A stretch of 64,000 nucleotides of DNA from assembly GCA_036785375.1 (NCBI GenBank), contig JAWMAR010000508.1:992001-1056000 (forward strand). Direction: 5' to 3'. How positions within the stretch are numbered: position 1 is the stretch's first letter; every line of letters begins with the position of its first letter. Origin of the DNA: Leucoraja ocellata (taxonomy: Eukaryota). Positions 1 through 11,357 of the stretch are shown piece by piece. Made by a program: the position numbers and the translations under genes. The notes under the pieces were generated by a model. It saw only the letters and a list, made by a program, of their open reading frames with translations. It did no database searches and was not told where the DNA came from.

Positions 1-285
1 TCTGAGACCTTTTATACCCAGAATTGGTTTCCGTAGTTTCGTCAATAGTCTAGGAGCTGATGTCAACCCATGGGGCAGAGCCATGCCATCCAGTTAAACT
101 TTACATATCTCCTGTTCTTAGTGAATAGACACCGAATGGTCTGCATCTTTGAGGTCGATGCATGCCATGTGACCATTTTATAGGAAGCTCCTATAGAACA
201 GTAGTTAGACCGTAACAAAAAATTGCTGTTCTGAAAGTCTGTACTGCACAAATGAGTTAAACCTGGATGAAGGTATTCCCTGCCA
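1..285 (-). mobile_element. DIRS-like RT fragment (paralog of 44842-45125)
   Basis: Sequence collinear with the 44.8-45.1 kb fragment. Confidence 0.6.
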
Positions 286-980
286 TTTACATGGTAAATG
301 GTAGGGAATTACATGGTAAATGGTAGGGAATTAAAGAATACAGTTGAACAGAGGGATCTGGGTATAACCGTGCATAGTTCCTTGAAGGTGGAATCTCATA
401 TAGGTATAGGTGGTAAAGAAAGCTTTTGGTATGCTAGCCTTTATAAATCGCCCAATTATAGGAAGGATGTCAACAAAATAGCGAGAGTACAGAGGAGATT
501 TACTAGAATGTTGCCTGGGTTTCAACAACTAAGTTACAGAGATAGGTTGAATAAGTTAGGTCTTTATTCTCTGGAGCGCAGAAGGTTAAGGGGGAACCTG
601 ATAGAGGTCTTTAAAATGATGAGAGGGATAGACAGAGTTGATGTGGACAAGCTTTTCCCTTTGAGAATAGGGAAGATTTAAACAAGAGGACATGACTTCA
701 GAATTAAGGGACAGAAGTTTAGGGGTAATATGAGGGGGAACTTCTTTACTCAGAGAGTGGTAGCGGTGTGGAATGAGCTTCCAGTGGAAGTGGTGGAGGC
801 AGGTTCATTGGTATCATTTAAAAATAAATGGATAGGCATATGGATGAGAAGGGAATGGAGGGTTATGGTATGAGTGCAGGCTGGTGGGACTAAGGGGAAA
901 ATAAATTTGTTCGGCACGGACTTGTAGGGCCAAGATGGCCTGTTTCCGTGCTGTAATTGTTATAAGGTTATATGGTTATA
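286..980 (+). mobile_element. CR1 LINE 3' fragment (family with (GGTTATAT)n tail)
   Basis: RVQRRFTRMLPG...LGLYSLERRRLRG and NFFTQRVV motifs, with an internal deletion. Confidence 0.9.
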
Positions 981-1180
981 AGTGACATCATCCATCTGTC
1001 ACCTGTCCTGGAAGGCAATCCTGCCCAAAATACTGGGCCTGCCTTGAAGACAATTCCAGTCCGAGTTCCAAGTCTGCTTGGAACCTCTGTATGTTGTGCA
1101 GTAAAAAATAATCACATGTTGTTATCTGTTTTTTAAAACCAGATCTGAAATTCATGTTATTGTCATTTTGAACAAAAACA

Positions 1181-1800
1181 CATTGAGTATAGAAGCTGGG
1201 ATGTAATGTTAAAATTGTACAAAGCATTGGTGAGACCAAATCTGGAGTATGGTGTACAATTTTGGTCGCCAAATTATAGGAAGGATGTCAACAAAATAGT
1301 GAGAGTACAGAGGAGATTTACTAGAATGTTGCCTGGGTTTCAACAACTAAGTTACAGAGATAGGTTGAATAAGTTAGGTCTTTATTCTCTGGAGCGCAGA
1401 AGGTTAAGGGGGGACCTGATAGAGGTCTTTAAAATGATGAGAGGGATAGACAGAGTTGATGTGGACAAGCTTTTCCCTTTGAGAATAGGGAAGATTCAAA
1501 CAAGAGGACATGACTTCAGAATTAAGGGACAGAAGTTTAGGGGTAATATGAGGGGGAACTTCTTTACGCAGAGAGTGGTGGCGGTGTGGAATGAGCTCCC
1601 AGTGGAAGTGGTGGAGGCAGGTTCATTGGTATCAGTTAAAAATAAATTGGATAGGCATATGGATGAGAAGGGAATGGAGGGTTATGGTACGAGTGCAGGC
1701 AGGTGGGACTAAGGGGAAAAAAATTGTTCGGCATGGACTTGTAGGGCCGAGATGGCCTGTTTCCGTGCTGTAATTGTTATATGGTTATATGGTTATATGG
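1181..1800 (+). mobile_element. CR1 LINE 3' fragment, specific to copy A
   Basis: ORF 1206-1712 is the CR1 ORF2 C-terminus. The site is empty at about 46090 in the paralog. Confidence 0.9.
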
Positions 1801-2258
1801 TTAAAAATTACCAACATGTAACTGGTCCACAATCCCTTGTTTCAGTAAACCCAGACCCACCTACCTCCATGGCTACCGGTGGTCTTGTGGTAAGCCCAAA
1901 GGCCCCTAATGCGAGTTCCTTTTCACTCCTTGATTGGGGAGTAGGACTGGTAGGTAGTGTGGATTCCATGTTTCTCCTGACCTCTGCTTGGGTCTTGGTC
2001 TGAAAACCTCATCATACTGAGCCTGCCTTGTCGGACAATTCTGGCCATAATTCTGAGTCTGCCTTGAAAGACGACTGATCATATTTCCGTGCCCAGCTTT
2101 CAAGTAAAGTCAAGTCAAGTCAAGTTTATTTGCCACATACACATACGAGATGTGCAGTGAAATGAAAGTGGCAATGCTCGCGGACTTTTGTGCAAAAAAA
2201 CAAACAACAAAACAACCAAACAAACTATAAACACAATCATAACACACATATTCTCTGC

Positions 2259-2600
2259 AAAGCAAGCGCTGTCTGCGGAGGGCGCTCAGCATCGCCAAGG
2301 ACTGCTCTCACCCCAACCATGGACTGTTTACCCTCCTACCACCCGGGAGGCGCTACAGGTCTCTCCGTTGCCGAACCAGCAGGTCGAGGAACAGCTTCTT
2401 TCCGGCGGCTGTCACTCTACTCAACAACGTACCTCGGTGACTGCCAATCACCACCTCCCCCCGGACACTTATTATTATTTATTCAAATCGTTTGCTATGT
2501 CGCTCTTCCAGGGAGATGCTAAATGCAGTTCGTTGTCTCTGTACTGTACACTGACAATGACAATTAAAATTGAATCTGAATCTGAATCTGAATCTGAATC
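2259..2600 (+). mobile_element. Rex1/Babar-like non-LTR 3' end with (GAATCT)n tail
   Basis: Inverted copy of 3390-3724, ending in aatgacaattaaaattgaatctgaatct. Confidence 0.75.
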
Positions 2601-3063
2601 GGTATTCTTTTACATAATAAATAATGGAAGGAAAAACGTTCAGTAGAGTTAGTCCCTGGAGAGATAGGCGTTTACAGTCCGAATTGCCTCTGGGAAGAAA
2701 CTCCTTCTCAACCTCTCCGTTCTCACCGCATGGCAACGGAGGCGTTTGCCTGACCGTAGCAGCTGGAACAGTCCGTTGCAGGGGTGGAAGGGGTCTCCCA
2801 TGATTTTGTTTGCTCTGGTGTTGCACCTCCTGTTGTATAGTTCCTGCAGGGGGGTGAGTGAAGTTCCCATAGTGCGTTCGGCCGAACGCACTACTCTCTG
2901 CAGAGCATTCTTGTCCTTGGCAGAGCAATTCCTAAACCAGATGGTAATGTTCCCGGACAAGATGCTTTCCACCGCCGCTGCGTAGAAGCACTGGAGGATC
3001 CTCGGAGACACTCTGAATTTCCTCAATTGCCTGAGGTGGTAAAGGCGCTGCCTTGCCTTATTC
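2600..3063 (-). mobile_element. Rex1/Babar-like RT C-terminal fragment
   Basis: KARQRLYHLRQLRKF...ESILSGNITIWF...LQRVVRSAER...SFFPEAIR. Confidence 0.8.
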
Positions 3064-3104
3064 ACCAGCTTCAGTGAACTGCTTACCCCCCTATGGAGGT
3101 GTGT

Positions 3105-3277
3105 TGTTGTAAAAAAAATTGAAAACCATGTATCATTTTCCTTCCACTTCACAAGTATGCGCCACTTTGTGTTGGTCTGTCACATAAAATCCCAATAAAA
3201 TACATTTACGTTTGTGGTTGCAACATGACGAAATGTGGAAAAGTTCAAGGGGTATGAATACTTTTGCAAGCCACTTT
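3105..3277 (+). mobile_element. Tc1/mariner terminal inverted repeat remnant
   Basis: Ends ...aagttcaaggggtatgaatacttttgcaagccact, the reverse complement of a Tc1-type CAGTG..TTGCAAAAGTATTCA.ACCCCTTGAAC terminus. Paralog at about 47405-47575. Confidence 0.7.
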
Positions 3278-3384
3278 AAATCTAACTCTCTTTTGAAAAC
3301 ACCCAGTGAATTGGCCTCCGCTGCATTCTGTGGCAGAGAATTCCATAGATTCACAACTCTGTGTGAAAAAGTGTTTCCTCATCA

Positions 3385-4706
3385 GATTCAGATTCAGATT
3401 CAATTTTAATTGTCATTGTCAGTGTACATTACAGAGACTACGAAATGCATTTAGCATCTCCCTGGAAGAGCGACATAGCAAACGATTTGAATAAATAATA
3501 ATAAGTGTCCGGGGGGGAGGGGGGGGGGGTGGTGATTGGCAGTCACCGAGGTACGTTGTTGAGTAGAGTGACAGCCGCCGGAAAGAAGCTGTTCCTCGAC
3601 CTGCTGGTTCGGCAACGGAGAGACATGTAGTGCCTCCCGGATGGTAGGAGGGTAAACAGTCCATGGTTGGGGTGAGAGCAGTCCTTGGCGATGCTGAGCG
3701 CCCTCCGCAGACAGCGCTTGCTTTGGACAGACTCAATGGAGGGGAGCGAGGAACCGGTGATGCGTTGGGCAATTTTCACCACCCTCTGCAATGCCTTCCG
3801 GTCGGAGACAGAGCAGTTGCCATACCATACTGTGATGCAGCTGGTAAGGATGCTCTCGATGGTGCAGCGGTAGAAGTTCACCAGGATCTGAGGAGACAGA
3901 TGGACCTTCTTCAGTCTCCTCAGGAAGAAGAGACGCTGATGAGCCTTCTTGATCAGAGTAGAGATATTGTGGGTCCAAGAGAGGTCATCGGAGATGTTGA
4001 CTCCCAGGAATCTGAAGCTAGAAACACGTTCCACCTCCGTCCCGTTAATGTGGATGGGGGTGTGCGTGCCGCCTCTGGACTTCCTGAAGTCTACAATGAG
4101 CTCCTTTTTTTTTTTTTTTTTTTTTTCCAAAAAATTTATTCAATTATTAAAAAATAATATTTACACTACAATAAAACAAGCCAGAACCCACCACGATAAA
4201 TACAATACAAACATATATCCATAATAAACTATTATACAATTATGATACAATCCTTATTGAGGATACATTCAACACCCTGCGGAGCCCAGCGGTCCCGAAA
4301 CTCCCTCAGGGTGCCCACAGACAGGGCGTATTCCCTTTCTAATCCCACCCGGGCACGGACGTAACCCCGGAAAAGGGGCAGGCAGCTGGCCCGGGTAGAG
4401 CCCTCCGCCGCCTGGCGCCGTGACTCGCGGATGGCCATCTTGGCCAGGCCCAGGAGCAACCCAACCAGGACATCTTCAGCCCTACCCTCTCCCCTACGCA
4501 CAGGGTGTCCAAAGATGAGGATGGTGGGTGAAAAGTGCAGCCAGAAGGCAAGGAGCAGCCCCTTTAGATATTCAAACAGGGGCTACAATGAGCTCCTTGG
4601 TCTTCTTGGAGTTAAGGGCCAGGTTTTTGTCAGCGCACCATGCTGCTAAGTGCTGGACCTCCTCCCTGTAGGCCAGCTCATCGTTGTTGCTTATGAGGCC
4701 AATCAT
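3385..4706 (-). mobile_element. Rex1/Babar-like non-LTR retrotransposon 3' part, interrupted by a Tx1 insertion
   Basis: KTKELIVDFRK...INGTEVERVSSFRFLG...KKAHQRLFFLRRLKK. It is uninterrupted in the paralog at 47680-48505. Confidence 0.85.
4107..4582 (-). mobile_element. 5'-truncated Tx1/L1-like insertion with poly(A) tail and 16-bp TSD
   Basis: TSD ctacaatgagctcctt at 4091-4106 and 4583-4598, a poly(T) run on the + strand, and an ORF ending LLLGLAKMAIRESRR...FRDRW typical of the Tx1 ORF2 C-terminus. Confidence 0.85.
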
Positions 4707-5262
4707 CAGCATCTCAGTCCTAAATGGCCGACCCCTTATTCTTAAATTGTGTGTGACCCCTGGTTCTGGACTCCGCCAACATCTCGAATATTTTTCCTGC
4801 ATCTAGCTTGTCCAATCCCTTCAGAATTTTATATATTTGTATAAGATGCCCTCTCATCCTTCTAAATTCCAGTGAATGCAAGCCCAGTTGAACCATTCTT
4901 TCATCATATGTCAGTCCCGCCATCCCGGGAATTAACCTGGTAAAAATGTGTAGGATAGGACTGCAGATGTTGATTTAAATTGAAGGTAGGCACAAAATGC
5001 TGGAGTAATTCAGCGGGACAGGCTGCATCTCTGGAGAGAAGGAATGGGTGATGTTTCGGGGCGAGACCCTTCTTCAGAGCTGGTGAACCTACTCTGCACT
5101 CCCTCAATAGCAAAAAAACTAAACAAACTCTCCAGAGATGCTGCCTGTCCTGCTGAGTTACTCCAGCACTTTGAGTCTATCTTCAGTGTAAACCAGCATC
5201 TGCAGTTACCTTAATACACAAAGTATTTCAGTGATCAGACTCTGTACAAATTCACAATTCAA

Positions 5263-5937
5263 TAACCATATAACATATAACCATATAACCATGTAACAAT
5301 TACAGCACGGAAACAGGCCACGTCGACCCTTCTAGTCCGTGCCGAACACATATTCTCCCCTAGTCCCATATACCTGCGCTCAGACCATAACCTTCCATTC
5401 CCTTCCCATCCATATAACTATCCAATTTATTTTTAAATGATAAAAACGAACCTGCCTCCACCACCTTCACTGGAAGCTCATTCCACACAGCCACCACTCT
5501 CTGAGTAAAGAAGTTCCCCCTCATGTTACCCCTAAACTTCAGTCCCTTAATTCTCAAGTCATGTCCCCTTGTTTGAATCTTCCCTACTCTCAGTGGGAAA
5601 AGCTTTTCCACGTCAACTCTGTCTATCCCTCTCATCATTTTAAAGACCTCTATCAAGTCCCCCCTTAACCTTCTGCGCTCCAAAGAATAAAGCCCTAACT
5701 TGTTCAACCTTTCTCTGTAACTTAGTTGCTGAAACCCAGGCAACATTCTGGTAAATCTCCTCTGTACTCGCTCTATTTTGTTGACATCCTTCCTATAATT
5801 AGGCGACCAAAATTGTACACCATACTCCAGAATTGGCCTCACCAATGCCTTGTACAATTTTAACATTACATCCCAACTTCTAGACTCAAGGCTCTGATTT
5901 ATAAAGGCCAGCACAACAAAAGCTTTCTTTACCACCC
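5263..5937 (-). mobile_element. CR1 LINE 3' fragment
   Basis: ORF 5360-5935 is the CR1 ORF2 C-terminus, with a microsatellite tail. Confidence 0.9.
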
Positions 5938-5972
5938 TAATAAACTGGTTATTGACTGACAGAATTACATAC

Positions 5973-6038
5973 CTGGGTTCTGTCCGCTACTAGTCTCTGG
6001 AATATTGACTGACAAACTCTTGTCCTCAGCTGCCGTCA
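5973..6038 (-). other. Small exon: either an orphaned cytoplasmic exon or the non-coding first exon of the next gene
   Basis: ttctccacacag| 66 nt |gtatgt. It is open in phase 1-1 as (V)TAAEDKSLSVNIPETSSGQNP, has no ATG, and lies in unique non-TE sequence. Confidence 0.55.
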
Positions 6039-6079
6039 CTGTGTGGAGAACACAAATGTGTAGAGGGGACAATTTACAT

Positions 6080-6110
6080 CAAGAAACGGAAATAAAATAA
6101 GGAAGTATTC
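6080..6110 (-). promoter_or_regulatory. Candidate IRF (GAAANNGAAA) plus Ets/PU.1 (AAGGAAGT) motif pair
   Basis: GAAACGGAAA at 6083-6092 and AAGGAAGT at 6099-6106, about 45-70 bp upstream of the small exon. Both are retained in the paralog (49880-49903). Motif match only. Confidence 0.3.
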
Positions 6111-6406
6111 TATTATCGGCAAATAGTTAACCCCTTTCATCCCTGCTGGGGCATGACTGATTTAGTGGAGGGAGTGCTGTAATGTGGGATGAGTCCCTCA
6201 CTATCTCTGCAAACCTACTCTGGCTCTGAAACTATTCCTGGTCTCTGTAACCCCCTCCCCACCGGCCCCTACTCCCCTCCCTGTCAAATTGGAGGTATTG
6301 AATCTAGCGAGTGTGACAGTCTCCTGTTCCACAGTGCTCATTTGAACAAGACTGCACTGATTCAAGAATTGTGTGGGGAAGAAATGTAGATACTGGTTTA
6401 AAGTGA

Positions 6407-7092
6407 AGTGCAGCAGGCAGTGAAGAAAGCGAATGGTATGTTACCTTTCATAGCAAAAGGATGTGAGTATAGGAGCAGGGAGGTTCTACTGCAGTTGTAC
6501 AGGGACTTGGTGAGACCACACCTGGAGTATTGCGTACAGTTTTGGTCTCCAAATCTGAGGAAGGACATTATTGTCATAGAGGGAGTGCAGAGAAGGTTCA
6601 CCAGACTGATTCCTGGGGTGTCAGGACTGTCTTATGAAGAAAGAATGGATAGACTTGGTTTATGCTCTCTAGAATTTAGGAGATTGAGAGGGGATCTTAT
6701 AGAAACTTACAACATTCTTAAGCGGTTCGACAGGCTAGATGCAGGAAGATTGCTCCCGATGTTGGGGACGTCTAGGACAAGGGGTCACAGCTTAAGGATA
6801 AGGGGGAAATCCTTTAAAACCGAGATGAGAAGAACTTTTTTCACACAGAGAGTGGTGAATCTCTGGAACTCTGCCACAGAGGGTAGTCGAGGCCACAGTT
6901 CATTGGCTATATTTAAGAGGGAGTTAGATGTGGCCCTTGTGGCTAAGGGTATCAGAGGGTATGGAGAGAAGGCGGGTACGGGATACTGAGTTGGATGACC
7001 AGCCATGATCATATTGAATGGCAAATGGTGCAGGCTCGAAGGGCCGAATGGCCTACTCCTGCACCTAATTTCTATGTTTCTATGTTTCTATG
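6407..7092 (+). mobile_element. CR1 LINE 3' fragment (family with (TTCTATGT)n tail)
   Basis: [14 protein letters not shown]...LRGDLIETY motifs and the tail. Confidence 0.9.
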
Positions 7093-7252
7093 TCTTTAGA
7101 ATGTGGGAGGAAACCGAAGATCTCGGAGAAAACCCACGCAGGTCACGGGGAGAACGTGTAAACTACGTACAGACAGCGCCCGTAGTCAGGATCGAACCCA
7201 GGTCTCTGGAACTGTGAGGCAGCGACTCTTATGCTGCACTACCGTGCCGCGG
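7093..7252 (-). mobile_element. tRNA-derived SINE (HE1/V-SINE-like)
   Basis: Minus strand reads gcggcacggtagtgcagc...gggttcgatcctgactacgggcgctgtctgtacgtagtt..., with A-box and B-box-like elements plus a V-SINE-like core. Confidence 0.7.
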
Positions 7253-10200
7253 CGTTCAGCTATCCCCCTCTGATCTTAATTTTCCCCCGTAGGTTGTTCC
7301 TAGTGTATGAGTAAGAGTCATGGAAACAATGAAGTTGCAGAGACTTCATAAGGAAGTGGACAGAAGTAGGAACAGGAAACTTAATGCAAAAAATCACGAT
7401 GTCCTTTATACAGAAGGGAAAATGTTTCGAACAGTTCCCCAAAGCTGAGGGTGCAGAACAGTCCTTTTATTCATCAAGAAAGCAAAGTGCTGGAGGAACT
7501 CAGCGGATCTGCGGATGGAGTGGACTAGTGTTTACACAAACAACATTTCAGATTGAGTCCCTTCTTCAGACTGGGGGAATAGAGGGTAGAAAATTGGAAA
7601 TGCAAAGTCATAGTCATAGAGTGATACAGGGTGGAAACAGGCCCTTCGGCCCAACTTGCCCACACTGGCAAACATGTCCCAGCTACACTAGTCCCACCTA
7701 CCCACGTTTGGTCCATATCCCTCCAAACCTGTCCTACACATATACATAGAAACAAAGAAAACATAGAAATTAGGTGCAGGAGTACGCCATTCGGCCCTTC
7801 GAGCCTGCACCGCCATTCAATATGATCATGGCTGAGCATCCAACTCAATATTCTGTACCTGCCTTCTCTCCATACCCCCTGATCCCCTTAGCCACATGGG
7901 CCACATCTAACTCCCTCTTAAATATAGCCAATGAACTGGCCTCAACTACCCTCTGTGGCAGAGAGTTCCAGAGATTCACCACTCTCTGTGTGAAAAAAGT
8001 TCTTCTCATCTCGGTTTTAAAGGATTCCCCCCTTATCCTTAAGCTGTGACCCCTTGTCCTGGACTTCCCCAACATCGGGAGCAATCTTCCTGCATCTAGC
8101 CTGTCCAACCCCTTAAGAATTTTGTAATTTTCTATAAGATCCCCTCTCAATCTCCTAAATTCTAGAGAGTATAAAATATAGAAAATTGGAAGTGCAAAGT
8201 CATAGTCATAGAGTGATACAGGGTGGAAACAGGCCCTTCGGCACAACTTGCCCACACTGGCAAACATGTCCCAGCTACACTAGTCCCACCTACCCACGTT
8301 TGGTCCATATCCATCCAAACCTGTCCTACCCATATACATAGAAACATAGAAAACATAGAAATTAGGTGCAGGAGTAGGTCATTCGGCCCTTCGAGCCTGC
8401 ACCGCCATTCAATATGATCATGGCTGATCACTACCTCTATGGCAAGAATGTCCTTTCTCAGATTTGGAGACCAAAACTGTATGCAATACTCCAGGTGTGG
8501 TCTCTCCAAGACCCTGTACAACTGCAGTAGAACCTCCCTGCTCCTATACTAAAATCCTTTTGCTATGAATATCCCTGTTTGTGTATAACAGCCCTATCGA
8601 AATATATGCTCGCATTGAGTTTGCTCTCTATATTAGCATTATCACTATAACTTATGAAGTGGCAGAAACTCGAGAGGCCCAAAGACCTCTTGATATATGA
8701 GGAAAAAGACAGAAGTTGTGACAGGAAATCTAGTGCTAAAAATGAAAATGTTCTTTCACAGAATGATGGGAAATGTATCGCAGAGTTCCCCAAAGCTGAG
8801 GGTGCATAACACTCCCTTTAATGCTTTTAATGTCTTTTAATTGTTAAATCTCTCCCTGCACGGGAGACCCGACCTTTTCTTGTCGGGTCTCCGTTGTGGT
8901 TGGGGCTGCAACGAGGAGCGGCCTCCAACAGGGAGACCGGGAGCTCTGGTGCCGACGACTCACCGTCGCAGGGCTGGCCGAGTCCAGAGCGGGTGGAGCG
9001 GTGGTGGAGCGCTGCTGCTGCTGCGGCCCGACCTCCGGAGGCTGCAACTGTGGGTCTGCCATGATCATATTGAATGGCGGTGCAGGCTCGAAGGGCCGAA
9101 TGGCCTCTACTCCTGCACCTAATTTCTATGTTTCTATGATCACCCGTTCACACTGATTTCAGGAAGGTCAGAGGGGGCAGACATACCCCCCATCCATATA
9201 AACGGGACTGAGGTGGAGCGCGTCTCCAACTACAAATTCCTCGGGGTACACATCTTGTTGTGGCAGGATGGTTCAGTTGCCTGATAACAGCCGGGAAGAA
9301 ACTCTCCCTGAATCTGGAGGTGTGCGTTCGTTTTCACACTTCTGTACCTCTTGCCCGATGGGAGAGGGGAGAAGAGGGAGTGGCCGGGGGTGAGACTGGT
9401 CCTTGATTTTGCTGCTGGCCTTGCCGAGGCAGCGTGAGGTGTAGGTGGAGGCGATGGAAGGGAGGTTGGTTCGTGTGTGATGGTCTGAGCTGCATCTCAG
9501 AGACCGTGATCTATACAGCAAGCTCAAGCCCAGCTACAAATGAGCCTCTGCTCAGCCCTTCTCTGTCCACTCTGCCCACTTTCTCTGACATTTCTCTCTG
9601 CCCATCTCCCTCGTTCCTTACTCTCTATAATCAATCTCCCAGTAAGAATGTTCCTGATGTTGGGGAAGTCCAGAACAAGGAGCCACACAGTTTAAGGATA
9701 AGGGGGAAATCTTTTAGGACGGAGATGAGAAAAACATTTTTCACACACAGAGAGTGGTGAATCTGTGGAATACCCTGCCACAGAAGCTAGTTGAAGCCCG
9801 TTCATTGGCTATATTTAAGAGGGAGTTAGATGTGGCCCTTGTGGCTAAATGGATCAGGGGGTATGCAGAGAAAGCAGGTACAGGAATTCTGAGTTGGGTG
9901 ATCAGCCGTGATCATATTGAATGGTGAATGGTGCAGGCACGAAGGGCCCAATGGCCTACTCCTGCACCTATTGTCTATGTTTCTATGTCTATGGATGAGA
10001 TAGAAACATCAGGTCCAGGATACTTGGGCAATCTGCCCTGCCCCTCTCCCAAACACAGTGGTAGCGGTGGGGTGGGGAGGGGGTTATGATTGGAGAGGGC
10101 CCTGATTTTAGGCTGACGCAGTGTGTACCTCCCCTCTTTCTCGTTCTGGTGAGTAAATGGCAGTGAAGACATTCGGACAGTTTCCAGATCATCCCGCACC

Positions 10201-10313
10201 TCATTTGTTGCGACAACACGCTGCCCAGACGATTACAGGAACTACGCCTATGAAGATGACGGCAAGAACGATCAGGGCCACGATGCATATCCAGGACCTT
10301 TCCGAGCCACGTG
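10201..10313 (-). CDS. Siglec-like cassette A, transmembrane exon ending in a stop
   Basis: (S)RGSERSWICIVALIVLAVIFIGVVPVIVWAACCRNK*. The TGA at 10203-10201 is followed immediately by a donor-like g|gtgcgg. Confidence 0.82.
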
Positions 10314-10392
10314 CTGAGGGGTGGAGAAAGCAGTCAATGTAAGCCCAGCTCTGAGAAACAGACACGACAACATAACCTCAACTCCAGCCCAG

Positions 10393-11250
10393 ACCGGCGC
10401 GACTCTCGTCAGCAGCGGCCTCTGCAGCCCGTCTGCGTTTTTATTATTTTTTGTCTATGTTTCTATGTAGTTTTTGTTATTTTTTGTTGGGGTGTGTGTG
10501 TGTGGGGGGGTGGGGGTGGGGTGGGAGGGAGGGGGTAACTTTTTAATCTCTCCCTGCACGGGAGACCCGACCTTTTCTTTATCGGGTCTCCGTTGTCGTT
10601 GGGGCTGCAACGAGGAGCGGCCTCCAACAGGAGAAGACCGGGGGCTCTGGTGCCGACGACTCGCCTCACCGTCGCGGAGCTGGCCGAGTCCGGAGCGGGT
10701 GGAGCGGTGGTCGAGCGCTGCTGCTGCTGCGGCGCGACCTCCGGAGATTCGGAGCCTGCAACTGCGGGTCTGGCGGACGGCGGCACCGGGAGCCCGCGGG
10801 TCCCTGGAGGGAGATCGCTTTTCAGGCTCCCGCAACGGCGACTTCTCCCGCCCGAGTTGCGGGGTTGAAGAGCTCCTGGAGCGGGGCCTTACATCAAAGC
10901 CCCGTGCGGCTTGGAATGGCCACGGGACTCTGCGAGTGCACGCCGGGGGCTCTAACATCAAGACCCGGTGTGCGACCTTGCATCAACCGGCGTGGCTTTA
11001 ATGGCCGCGGGACAATCGCCATCGCCAGCCGGGGGCTTTGACTTTGACTGTGACATCGGGGGGGGGGGGGGGGGGGGAGTGCAGTGGAGAAATAAGTTTT
11101 TTTGGCATTCCATCACAGCAATGTGATGGATGTTTATGTAAATTATGTTGTGTCTTGGGTCTATTTGTTTGTAATGTATGGCTGCAGAAACGGCATTTCG
11201 TTTGGACCTCAAGGGGTCCAAATGACAAACAAATTGAATCTTGATCTTGA
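10393..11250 (+). mobile_element. GC-rich non-autonomous retroposon (copies at 24765-25410, 28460-29327, 53014-53660, 56715-57578; fragment at 8845-9057)
   Basis: CpG-rich body with no coding domain, and a 3' end aatgacaaacaaattgaatcttgatcttgat resembling Rex1/L2-type tails. It occurs at several sites. Confidence 0.7.
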
Positions 11251-11357
11251 TTAGCAATAAGGAGTTTTAAGGGCACAGACGGGTTATGAAACCACCAAAA
11301 TGGATAACCTCACATTTATGATGTTTTGAGGGGATATGACAGTCTGTGTCTACTCAC

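Noticed and set aside
8594-8640. ITIM-like peptide IEIYARIEF
   Set aside because: It is on the + strand, opposite to the Siglec exons, with no supporting splice structure. Probably chance.
10201-10203. TGA as selenocysteine or programmed readthrough
   Set aside because: No recognisable SECIS or UGA-CUAG readthrough context, so there is no support from the sequence.
10314-10352. Upstream acceptor tttctcag|agctgg for the TM exon
   Set aside because: Joining it to the phase-1 T of Ig4 creates an immediate TAG. The acceptor at 10313 gives the in-frame TM. Its use for a secreted isoform cannot be excluded but is unsupported.
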